From IMG/VR virus record IMGVR_UViG_3300049844_000146, positions 1 through 26,729 of that record: a stretch of 26,729 nt of DNA. The stretch is one strand, 5' to 3'. Both the position numbers and the translations under genes were made by a program. A model generated the notes under the pieces. It made no database searches. It had not been told where the DNA came from and saw only the letters and a list, made by a program, of their open reading frames with translations. Origin of the DNA: a virus. Taxonomy: Duplodnaviria; Caudoviricetes. This document shows positions 16,049 through 23,800 of this stretch, piece after piece. Positions within the stretch are counted from its first letter, which is position 1. Every line of letters begins with the position of its first letter.

Positions 16049-16524
16049 TTAAGGGCCTCTAGCTTTTTCATTAATTCGGCATGTGCTTTATTGAGTTGTT
16101 CTTGATTCATGTCTTTGGTTGCTCGGACCCCAAACGTCGCGACAAACTTTTTAGCGTCGTCAACGGAAGTTTTCTTTGCGTATTCATTGATTAGTTTTAT
16201 GACTTCAAATAGTTGGATTGGTGTTTCTTCAGTAGTTATATCGGCGGCTTTTAGTTCTTCATTTTGTTCTTCGTTGGGTTCTTCTTTTTGTTTGGCTTTA
16301 GCGGATTTCTTTGAGCTAGTTTTTGGTTTATTTGAGCTAGTTTCTGGTTGGTCAATTTGTTCGGCTTTAGTAGGCTCCTGCGTTTCATTTTGTGGGGTTT
16401 GAGTTTCATCTTGTGTCTGGTAAACCTTTTTTAGAATCGCTTCTAATGTATTTACAGACGTAGTTAAGTCTTTTAAAATTTGTTTTGTTTCTTTATCAAA
16501 AGTGATTTGAATTGATTCGATCAT
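16045..16524 (-). CDS. Hypothetical replication-module protein (coil, low-complexity linker, small helical C-domain)
   Basis: C-terminal AKKFVATFGVRATKDMNQEQ pattern resembles the protein usually found upstream of DUF2800 in DUF2800-DUF2815-PolA modules. Confidence 0.6.
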   Translation of the reverse strand: MIESIQITFDKETKQILKDLTTSVNTLEAILKKVYQTQDETQTPQNETQEPTKAEQIDQPETSSNKPKTSSKKSAKAKQKEEPNEEQNEELKAADITTEETPIQLFEVIKLINEYAKKTSVDDAKKFVATFGVRATKDMNQEQLNKAHAELMKKLEALK

Positions 16525-16535
16525 GGTCTTTAGTC

Positions 16536-17921
16536 CTATTCTATAGTTTGGTTAATGGTTTTAAGTTTTTTAATATTGGCTTGCAAGATATATTCGTCGA
16601 GTAAATTTGGAAGAACCAAAAACGTGGCCGTTACCGTGTTTGATTGTCCTATCCGATGTAAACGGTCAATCGCTTGTGAATTTTTTGCAGGGGTCCAGTC
16701 GTACTCTACAAAGACACAGTGACTCGCCTTAGTTAAAGTAAACCCTACGCCGCAAGCTTCAATTTGACCGAATAATAATCGATAATTACTTTGAGACTGA
16801 AAGAGTTTTACGACGTCTTGGCGCTTATCTGTGGCAACCGAGCCGTCAATCAATAGCGGGTTGTCTTCACTGAACGCAAGCATAAGCTGACGAAGGACGT
16901 CTTTATGGTGCGCAAACACGACAAGGGCTTCGTCAGTATTATCTAATCTGTCGCGGATAAAGTTAATTGCGGAAGCTACTTTTGAAAGCCCCACTTCTTT
17001 TCTGTACGTCGCAAGTTCGCCGAGTACCTTATCGGGGTTTGCAATGATCGCAGAAATTGAAACCTTTTCTAGAGTTAAACTTTCTAAGGCTTTAATTTTC
17101 TTAGTCTCGCCGCCAACGTAAACGATTTCTAATAAGCGATCGGGTAAATCTAAAACGTCTTTAGTAACTCGAATCATGAAATTTTCTAAAAGCTTTTTAA
17201 GCTTATCTAAATTAGAACTTCCATTGTAATCAAAACCCCAACGCGTTTCAAAGCCGCCGCAAAATTCAACCCCGTACCAATGAAAAGATTTAAACTGATC
17301 AGGCTTTGGATAAAGGGCGTTTAATACCGGCCACAACTCACGCGGGCGGTTTGGCATTGGCGTCCCGCTCATGGCGACGACCTTTTTAAACTGCGGAACA
17401 ACAGGGTTCATTTTTATTTTGCGCTCGCCGACTGTGGTCTTAGTGGCTTTTATCCCGCCAAATAAAGACTTAGTTCGAACCGCTGTCGGCGTTTTATATC
17501 TGTGCGATTCGTCGATAAAGAGATAATTAAATTTATTTGTAAAGATAAATTTTCTGACGTTGTCTTGATCTAGACGCGTGTCTGGAATAATAAAAACTTT
17601 TGCGCTTTTTTCAATTGGTGTTTTTGTATCTATCACGGTTACAATATCGGTATCCGCAAAATGCGCCCACCTTAAAATTTCTTCGCGCCAATTGCGAGCT
17701 AAGAACGGCGGACAAACTACAACCGACGGAAGTAGTTTGTCCACGTCTAGGATAATTGACGCGATTATAGTTTTACCGATACCCGCGTCGCCCGCTAGAT
17801 AAACGTGATGACTTTTATTCAAAATTTTTTCAGCGATTTCAATTTGATATGGGAAGGGCTTACGGCCTGCAAGAGCATTGTAAGTGAAATCATTAAAATT
17901 CGTTTTGATCAAGTATGTCAT
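16536..17921 (-). CDS. SNF2-family (SF2) helicase
   Basis: Motif I GIGKT, Ia VVCP, II DESH, III SGTP, V GVGFTL, VI QAIDRLHRIGQ. Confidence 0.93.
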   Translation of the reverse strand: MTYLIKTNFNDFTYNALAGRKPFPYQIEIAEKILNKSHHVYLAGDAGIGKTIIASIILDVDKLLPSVVVCPPFLARNWREEILRWAHFADTDIVTVIDTKTPIEKSAKVFIIPDTRLDQDNVRKFIFTNKFNYLFIDESHRYKTPTAVRTKSLFGGIKATKTTVGERKIKMNPVVPQFKKVVAMSGTPMPNRPRELWPVLNALYPKPDQFKSFHWYGVEFCGGFETRWGFDYNGSSNLDKLKKLLENFMIRVTKDVLDLPDRLLEIVYVGGETKKIKALESLTLEKVSISAIIANPDKVLGELATYRKEVGLSKVASAINFIRDRLDNTDEALVVFAHHKDVLRQLMLAFSEDNPLLIDGSVATDKRQDVVKLFQSQSNYRLLFGQIEACGVGFTLTKASHCVFVEYDWTPAKNSQAIDRLHRIGQSNTVTATFLVLPNLLDEYILQANIKKLKTINQTIE

Positions 17922-17927
17922 TACGCC

Positions 17928-17977
17928 TATCTTTTAAAGTGACATAAAAGATATTTCTAAATAAGGTCGTAAGTCAA
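17928..17977. promoter_or_regulatory. Overlapping divergent sigma70-like promoters with an inverted-repeat operator
   Basis: Leftward TTGACT(17977-72)-N18-TATCTT(17953-48); rightward GTGACA(17939-44)-N17-TAAGGT(17962-67); inverted repeat TATCTTTTA-N8-TAAAAGATA (17928-17953). Confidence 0.55.
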
Positions 17978-18001
17978 CACCAAAAATAAGAGGTTTTCAC
18001 G

Positions 18002-18253
18002 ATGCTGTTATCTGACTATATAAAAGAACAGGGCGTTACAAAAGTTTCCCGCATGTTAAATATTTCGCAATCCGCAGTTAGTTCATGGGCCGCGCTTCGG
18101 TCTGTTCCGAGTGACTTACAAAAATACAAAATTAATCAAATGACCCACGGCCTAGTTTCTTATGACGAAATGTTAGAGCCGTATATCGAAAACGGTCTTA
18201 AAGTGGGTTTCATTGAGCCCGAAGAACTAGAAACAAATAGCGGAACTTTATAA
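18002..18253 (+). CDS. Cro-like HTH protein
   Basis: LSDYIKEQGVTKVSRMLNISQSAVSSW HTH pattern; first gene after the divergent promoter. Confidence 0.75.
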   Translation: MLLSDYIKEQGVTKVSRMLNISQSAVSSWAALRSVPSDLQKYKINQMTHGLVSYDEMLEPYIENGLKVGFIEPEELETNSGTL

Positions 18254-18275
18254 TTTTTAAATTTGAGGGGATTTT

Positions 18276-20606
18276 ATGTTAAACGAAATCAAGGCGCTAG
18301 TTGATTGCGGCTTTAGTGTCTTATGGCTCAAGCCGAAATCAAAAGCGCCCATCGGTAACGGTTGGACTAAAGAGTCGAAAAAGACTTATACCGAGTTAGA
18401 AAAAGAATACAAGAAAAATTATAATGTCGGCGTAAGACTTGGCGAACCGTCTAGGCTTCACGACGGGTCGTATTTAGCCGTCATTGATTGCGATATAAAG
18501 TCGGAAAATTATGCGCATAAAAATGAGTTTATGCAGGCCATTGAAGGGCTTCCCTTTGACTGGACCCTAGCCCCTCGGGTTATGAGCGGACGCGGGAACG
18601 GGTCTTTTCACTTATATATAAAGACGCCGGAGCCCCTTAAAAGCTTCCGGTATAAATCAAGTCAGCATCGGGATAAGGTGTTAATGCCTTCGACCCAACC
18701 CACTAAGCGAGACTTTGAGGCCCTTTCAACTGACGAAATAGAACAAGGTTACCGGATGCGGAACGCTTGGGAAATCGATTTTGTAGGGACTGGAAAACAA
18801 GTCGTCCTTCCGCCTTCGATACATCCCGATTCGGGCTTAGAATACAAGTGGCACGGAGTTTTTGACGTCAAAAATTTGACGCTGTTAAACCCTGAAAACT
18901 TTTCAGCCGAACTTTTGAAAGCCGACGTTAAGCCCACAAAAAGATTTCAATACGTCCCGACCGAAATCGATCTATTAAGTTCGGCTTTAAAGCCTGCAAT
19001 GCTCGAGCTTATTATTTCAGGCACGGGCGTTGAAAAATACGACGGCGATTCAGAGGCCCTTTTTGCCGCAGTTATGGCGATGCTTGGCTGTGGGTTTAAC
19101 GACCATGAAGTTATTTCGGTTTTATCTGATACGTCGTTTTATTTGGGACAAGTTGCGGGCCGACATACCGTCAGCGATAACCCGGAAAAATGGGCTAAGT
19201 GGATTTATAAATATAATATCGTAAAAGCCCGGACAATCATTAACAAAGACCGGGGTTTTGATACCGAAGCCATTGAAGAAAAACTTGAAGACGGTAAAGC
19301 GGCGGAACAAATACGACAAATTAAAGATACTGAAAACTGGAAAACAAAACTAAACATTACCGATTCGGGCCACGTAAAGCCGACTGTATGGAACGTTAAT
19401 TTAATTTTATCAAACGTTTTATCGGGACCAATTTTTGCGCTTAACGATTTTACTAAAGACCAAATTTACGTACAAGTTCCGCCATGGGAAAAACCTAACC
19501 GCCACTATATTGGAAATCAAATTACTGACGACGATATTTCGTCTATTATAGTTTGGTTATCAACGCACTATCGTTGCGAAGCTTCGCGCTCTACAATCGA
19601 AACCGTCATTTCGTCTTTGACTCAATCTAATAGCAGACATCCCGTTCAAAACTATTTAAAGGGCTTAGAGTGGGACGGGATTGAACGCTTAGACCATTGG
19701 CTTCAAATGTATCTAGGTTGCACAGGCGACACGCGATATTTACAGGCCGTTGGCCGTAAGACTCTCGTCGCCGCCGTTGCGCGGATCTTTAGGCCCGGTA
19801 CTAAGTTTGACCAAGTTCTTATTTTGGAAGGGCCGCAAGGCGCAGGGAAATCAACCGTCATTCAGCATTTAGCTAGTACAGAGTGGTTTACTGACCAACT
19901 TGGCGACATCACCAATAAGGATTCGCTCGACAAAATGCGGGGCATTTGGATTGTCGAACTGGGCGAGCTTGCGTCGTTTACTCGCCACGAAGTTGAACGG
20001 TTAAAAGAATTTATTTCAGCGCAAACGGATAAGTTTAGGCCGCCTTATGGTCGAAGAACGCAAGATTTTCCGCGCCAATGTATTTTTATTGGATCAACTA
20101 ACAACTATGATTATCTAAAAGATACTACGGGTAATCGCCGTTATTGGCCCGTTAAAGTTGGAAAAATTGATATGAACGCGGTTAAAGAAGACCGTGACCA
20201 ACTTTGGGCCGAAGCTTATCAAGCGTTTCTTGCGGGCGAAAAACTCTATTTTGACGATATTGAGTTAATTAAAACCACAGTCAACGAACAAACAAAGCGT
20301 CAGTCTATTGACGATTTTACTGCGGATCTTTGGGAAAAAATTCAAACGTGGGCTGACGGTATAGACCACGATTTAAACCGGATTTCGACCTTTTCTTTAT
20401 ACAATGAAATTTTAAATACAAGCTTAATTTCAGGGCAAGGCGAACGCTCTTTTAAGCTTACAGTTAGCCATTCGATGCGAATTTTAGGGTATGTTTTAGA
20501 CCAAAAACGTGTAACGCGAAATCACGTTACATCCACGTTACAAACCAGTAAAAGTCTCGTTACACGGGCCTACTTAAAAAAAGCTAAAAATGCTTTTGAA
20601 GTTTAA
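18276..20606 (+). CDS. Bifunctional primase-polymerase fused to a VapE/VirE-type helicase
   Basis: Prim-Pol motifs IDCD, SGRGNGSFHLY and VVLPPSIHP; P-loop GPQGAGKST, ELGE, GSTN and TGNRRYWP. Confidence 0.92.
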   Translation: MLNEIKALVDCGFSVLWLKPKSKAPIGNGWTKESKKTYTELEKEYKKNYNVGVRLGEPSRLHDGSYLAVIDCDIKSENYAHKNEFMQAIEGLPFDWTLAPRVMSGRGNGSFHLYIKTPEPLKSFRYKSSQHRDKVLMPSTQPTKRDFEALSTDEIEQGYRMRNAWEIDFVGTGKQVVLPPSIHPDSGLEYKWHGVFDVKNLTLLNPENFSAELLKADVKPTKRFQYVPTEIDLLSSALKPAMLELIISGTGVEKYDGDSEALFAAVMAMLGCGFNDHEVISVLSDTSFYLGQVAGRHTVSDNPEKWAKWIYKYNIVKARTIINKDRGFDTEAIEEKLEDGKAAEQIRQIKDTENWKTKLNITDSGHVKPTVWNVNLILSNVLSGPIFALNDFTKDQIYVQVPPWEKPNRHYIGNQITDDDISSIIVWLSTHYRCEASRSTIETVISSLTQSNSRHPVQNYLKGLEWDGIERLDHWLQMYLGCTGDTRYLQAVGRKTLVAAVARIFRPGTKFDQVLILEGPQGAGKSTVIQHLASTEWFTDQLGDITNKDSLDKMRGIWIVELGELASFTRHEVERLKEFISAQTDKFRPPYGRRTQDFPRQCIFIGSTNNYDYLKDTTGNRRYWPVKVGKIDMNAVKEDRDQLWAEAYQAFLAGEKLYFDDIELIKTTVNEQTKRQSIDDFTADLWEKIQTWADGIDHDLNRISTFSLYNEILNTSLISGQGERSFKLTVSHSMRILGYVLDQKRVTRNHVTSTLQTSKSLVTRAYLKKAKNAFEV

Positions 20607-20878
20607 AACAAAAATTTAAAATTAAAACGAACACGTAACGTGAAAAAGTCACGTTACGTAACGTGAAATGTAACGTGACAAAACTTAAAAATTCTTTTTT
20701 GTTTTCATATATTTAAGTCGTTCTTGTAACGTGTAACGTGAAAATATCTATAAATATATTATATATTATATTATAGAAATGCCTATTTAATAGGCATATA
20801 TTTACACTATATATTATACGTTTTCTATTCCTATAGGTTTTAGTTCGTTTTTTCACGTTACTCACGTTACAAAGTTAC
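20511..20878. repeat. Iteron array (CACGTTAC/GTAACGTG) around an AT-rich core: putative replication origin
   Basis: Perfect octamers at 20523, 20534, 20635, 20650, 20658, 20670, 20726, 20733, 20854 and 20863; one-mismatch copies at 20511 and 20556; AT-rich core at 20741-20853. Confidence 0.8.
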
Positions 20879-20961
20879 TTTAACTATTTTTCGGCGGCCC
20901 CGGCGGCTTCCAAATTGGTGGAGTTTTTGCAAATTTAAGATCATGACAGATTTTTTAAAAA

Positions 20962-20982
20962 TGTGGATAACTCTGTGGAAAA
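20962..20982 (-). promoter_or_regulatory. Two tandem DnaA boxes
   Basis: TGTGGATAA (perfect TTATCCACA on the - strand) and TGTGGAAAA (one mismatch), 3 bp apart. Confidence 0.65.
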
Positions 20983-21033
20983 CTCAAATTGATAAAATTT
21001 GTATAAATTTGATAAAAATTGAAAGGCGGACTA

Positions 21034-21222
21034 ATGGACGACGATAATCAAGAACGCGTAAAGTGCCAATGCGGGGATTGTGGCAAAAAGTTTTACAAGG
21101 GCGACGAAGGGGACAATGAACAGTTTTGTTTACGCTGCGAACGTGAGTCGGTTTTAAACCGAGCGTATCCCGCAAGTGATGACTTTTGGGAACGGGACGA
21201 CTATACGTCAGACGATTACTAG
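21034..21222 (+). CDS. Small zinc-ribbon protein with an acidic tail
   Basis: CQCGDC...CLRC; likely start ATG 21034 after AAAGGCGG. Confidence 0.6.
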   Translation: MDDDNQERVKCQCGDCGKKFYKGDEGDNEQFCLRCERESVLNRAYPASDDFWERDDYTSDDY

Positions 21223-21255
21223 ATTTTTATGCAAAAATTTACTAGATTTTTATGC
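21216..21255 (+). repeat. 17-bp direct repeat TTACTAGATTTTTATGC x2
   Basis: Copies at 21216-21232 and 21239-21255 (23-bp period). Confidence 0.85.
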
Positions 21256-21265
21256 GGGGGTATTT

Positions 21266-21718
21266 ATGTCAGGGGCACGATCAAGACGCAAAGGACACCA
21301 ATTTGAACGCGATGTCGCTAACATGTTTAAGGCCGTGGGGTATCCCCAAGCCCAAAGACAATTAGAATATCAGCTTAACCAATGCCAAGGCGTAGACCTT
21401 GCGAACACTGGGCCGTTTCGGGTTCAGTGTAAAAAACTAAAATCGTACGCAAGTATTAACACCATTAACGAAATAAAAGATGCAAGCGGTATTCCGGTTC
21501 TAATCACGGCGGCGGACGGTCTTAAGCCTATGGCCGTACTTCCGCTAAAGAATTTTCTAGACTTAATAAAGGTCGAGTCCAGCTTAACGTTAGACGACGA
21601 TTTTAATAGTATAGAGCCATGGCACAACAACGAACCAAACTCCAAAAACGAAGGCTTGCCGCTCAAACCCGATACCTTGAAGAACTTGAAGACGAAAAAG
21701 AAAAGCTCGACTATATAA
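21266..21718 (+). CDS. Holliday junction resolvase (Hjc-like PD-(D/E)XK)
   Basis: MSGARSRRKGHQFERDVA ... GVDL ... VQCK; likely start is ATG 21266 with GGGGG RBS rather than 21176. Confidence 0.8.
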   Translation: MSGARSRRKGHQFERDVANMFKAVGYPQAQRQLEYQLNQCQGVDLANTGPFRVQCKKLKSYASINTINEIKDASGIPVLITAADGLKPMAVLPLKNFLDLIKVESSLTLDDDFNSIEPWHNNEPNSKNEGLPLKPDTLKNLKTKKKSSTI

Positions 21719-21840
21719 GAGACGCGGTCCACGTCTTTGACGCCATTCAATTTTATATGTCTCAACCCCACTTAAAAGAAGCCGAGCGTGACAAGCTTCG
21801 CATGTGTATGCTCTATTTATCCCACGGGGTTTTAGACTAA
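21619..21840 (+). CDS. Hypothetical coiled-coil protein
   Basis: 73 aa with natural helical composition; overlaps the resolvase tail by 100 nt. Confidence 0.5.
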   Translation: MAQQRTKLQKRRLAAQTRYLEELEDEKEKLDYIRDAVHVFDAIQFYMSQPHLKEAERDKLRMCMLYLSHGVLD

Positions 21841-21905
21841 CTGCGTCTTGCACCAATTACGAAAACCCCCGTTTAATTAACCCACATATAAAAGGGGGCT
21901 TGCGT

Positions 21906-22454
21906 ATGGCAAAGCAAAATCAAATCAAACCAAGTATCGAAGGCAAAGAATTAACACTAGAAACCAAAGCCGATTCAACAGAATTTAAACGGGTCTTTAG
22001 TAAATCACGAACAATCGTTTCAGACGTTTTTAAATTGCAAGTGGCAACAGTCATTAAAGGACTAGGGCTTGCAAAAACTCCCGACGAAAACCCTTCGGAC
22101 TTCCACGATTTTGAACATACACATGTCTTTAGAACCTTTGACAGTGACGGCAAACGCCACTCAAATTCTGCGAGTACTGCGGGCCACTTTCACGTTATTG
22201 ATTGGGACTATGACGACGCGGGAAAACCAATTGTAAAATCGGTTTCCGGCCCTATGATCATGGGGCGTAAACTTAAGCGGGGCTCATGGGTTCAAGAACC
22301 ACAGCCGGTTAATAGCTACGACGACCATGTTCACGAAGTCGATTATTTATTTTCAAACCAAGTCGAAGCCCGTACCACTTCTTTAGAGGCTACAAAGCTT
22401 ATTACTATGGAAGCCCAAAAGACTGCGCCGGTCGCAGGCGTACAAGTGAAGTAA
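21906..22454 (+). CDS. Hypothetical protein with three HxH motifs (YmaF-like metal binding?)
   Basis: EHTHVF, GHFHVI and DHVHEV; likely start ATG 21906 with AAAGGGGG RBS. Confidence 0.65.
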   Translation: MAKQNQIKPSIEGKELTLETKADSTEFKRVFSKSRTIVSDVFKLQVATVIKGLGLAKTPDENPSDFHDFEHTHVFRTFDSDGKRHSNSASTAGHFHVIDWDYDDAGKPIVKSVSGPMIMGRKLKRGSWVQEPQPVNSYDDHVHEVDYLFSNQVEARTTSLEATKLITMEAQKTAPVAGVQVK

Positions 22455-22457
22455 GCC

Positions 22458-22685
22458 ATGCTAGAAGAAACAAAAGCGGGGACTGTGGGCGTAACGCCTG
22501 AAGCCCTTTTTAAAGGTTTAAAGCCGCAAGAGTGGAACGGTTGCATAGTGCTAGCATTAAAAGGCATGAATCAAACTAATGAGTTTTACGCGTCAACTAT
22601 GACCGTTGAACAAATGGTTTTTTTACACGCTCAATTAGGCGCACATATAAATTGTATTTTAGGTCAAATGAAAGAAGGGTTTTAA
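22458..22685 (+). CDS. Hypothetical protein
   Basis: 75 aa, tightly packed. Confidence 0.55.
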   Translation: MLEETKAGTVGVTPEALFKGLKPQEWNGCIVLALKGMNQTNEFYASTMTVEQMVFLHAQLGAHINCILGQMKEGF

Positions 22686-22970
22686 ATGCAAAAAATCCCT
22701 GTTAAGAACGACCTTCCGCAAGCGGCCTATCAAACTTTATTCAGTCAATTCTTACACGCGGTTCCGACCAACGTAGTAAAGCCCGACGTTTTATTTGTCA
22801 TCGGACTTTCAAATGGTGGGCCCCCGACAATTGCGTGGGTCGAAGACGAACCCGGACGCATAGATTTAGCAAAGGTAAACGACTTACACGCGGCGCTCGA
22901 TAAAGCTTTACAAGTTGTTTTAAAAGTTAAATACAATTTAGAAAACCCGGCGGCCCCAAATGCTGACTAG
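22686..22970 (+). CDS. Hypothetical protein
   Basis: 94 aa; GAAGGG RBS. Confidence 0.55.
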   Translation: MQKIPVKNDLPQAAYQTLFSQFLHAVPTNVVKPDVLFVIGLSNGGPPTIAWVEDEPGRIDLAKVNDLHAALDKALQVVLKVKYNLENPAAPNAD

Positions 22971-23388
22971 AAACACTTTTAACGAGTGGTATATTGAAGC
23001 CGTTCGTATGAACGTTAAAGCCGACCCGGAACTTCGTGAAATGCTTTTGGCTCAAAAGCATCCGCGAGTTGTAAAAATGTTAGATCATTTATTTAAAGAA
23101 ATCCAAAAGGCGTGTTTTTTAATATATCAAAAAAAGAAACGCTATCCCTTACCCCAAACTGTCAAGGGTATGGTTTACGATTTTACAAAATTATTTATGG
23201 ACGGTTTAGAAAATCAGGCCAAACGGATGTATGAATCGGACTTAAGTCGTATTGCAAGGGAACAAGAACTTGCTAACCTTAAAGATTTAGAGGCAACAGA
23301 CCAAGGCCATGCACAAGGGGTCTTCGCTGACGCGGGGGTTATGATTAATGACCAAACAACGACGTTCGAACAAAAAACCGAAAGCTAA
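22960..23388 (+). CDS. Hypothetical protein
   Basis: 142 aa, helical; directly upstream of terS. Confidence 0.55.
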   Translation: MLTRNTFNEWYIEAVRMNVKADPELREMLLAQKHPRVVKMLDHLFKEIQKACFLIYQKKKRYPLPQTVKGMVYDFTKLFMDGLENQAKRMYESDLSRIAREQELANLKDLEATDQGHAQGVFADAGVMINDQTTTFEQKTES

Positions 23389-23800
23389 AAAAGGGAAAAA
23401 GGTTTTATTACCTGACGCCCCTTTTAGGCTTAATCGTATTGAATTTATTCCAAACCGAACGCTTTACGATAGAGACTTCCATCCGCAAAGCTTTATTCAG
23501 TTTTGCCGTGAAGGGCGCTCGCGTTCTTATATATGCGCGGCGTGGTCGATCAGTGAATCAACGCTTTCAAGTTGGTTTCGTGATTACGAAGAAATGGCAA
23601 ACGCCCGCAACGTAGGGGCTCAAGCTTATAAAGCGTATTACGAAGAAATCGCGCACGACGCTATTGTAAAACCAAAAAGTTTTGGTTACCAAATGCTTCA
23701 ATTTTATTTAAAGAATAAATGTGGCTGGGCTGAAGACGGCGGTCGCAATGACCATGACGACGTAGACTTAGGCGTTCAACTAGACATTGTGGCGGTCTAA
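23348..23800 (+). CDS. terS: Terminase small subunit
   Basis: HTH (GRSRSYICAAWSISESTLSSW) and FYLKNKCGW; TAATG-coupled to terL. Confidence 0.75.
   Translation: MTKQRRSNKKPKAKKGKKVLLPDAPFRLNRIEFIPNRTLYDRDFHPQSFIQFCREGRSRSYICAAWSISESTLSSWFRDYEEMANARNVGAQAYKAYYEEIAHDAIVKPKSFGYQMLQFYLKNKCGWAEDGGRNDHDDVDLGVQLDIVAV

Noticed and set aside
20511-20878. Repeat cluster as a CRISPR array or parS site
   Set aside because: Units are 8 bp, in both orientations and irregularly spaced, and do not match the parS consensus TGTTTCACGTGAAACA.
21176-21265. Long N-terminal extension of the resolvase (and likewise 21804-21905 for the HxH protein)
   Set aside because: Downstream ATGs at 21266 and 21906 have phage-typical G-run RBSs, and the extensions overlap other genes.
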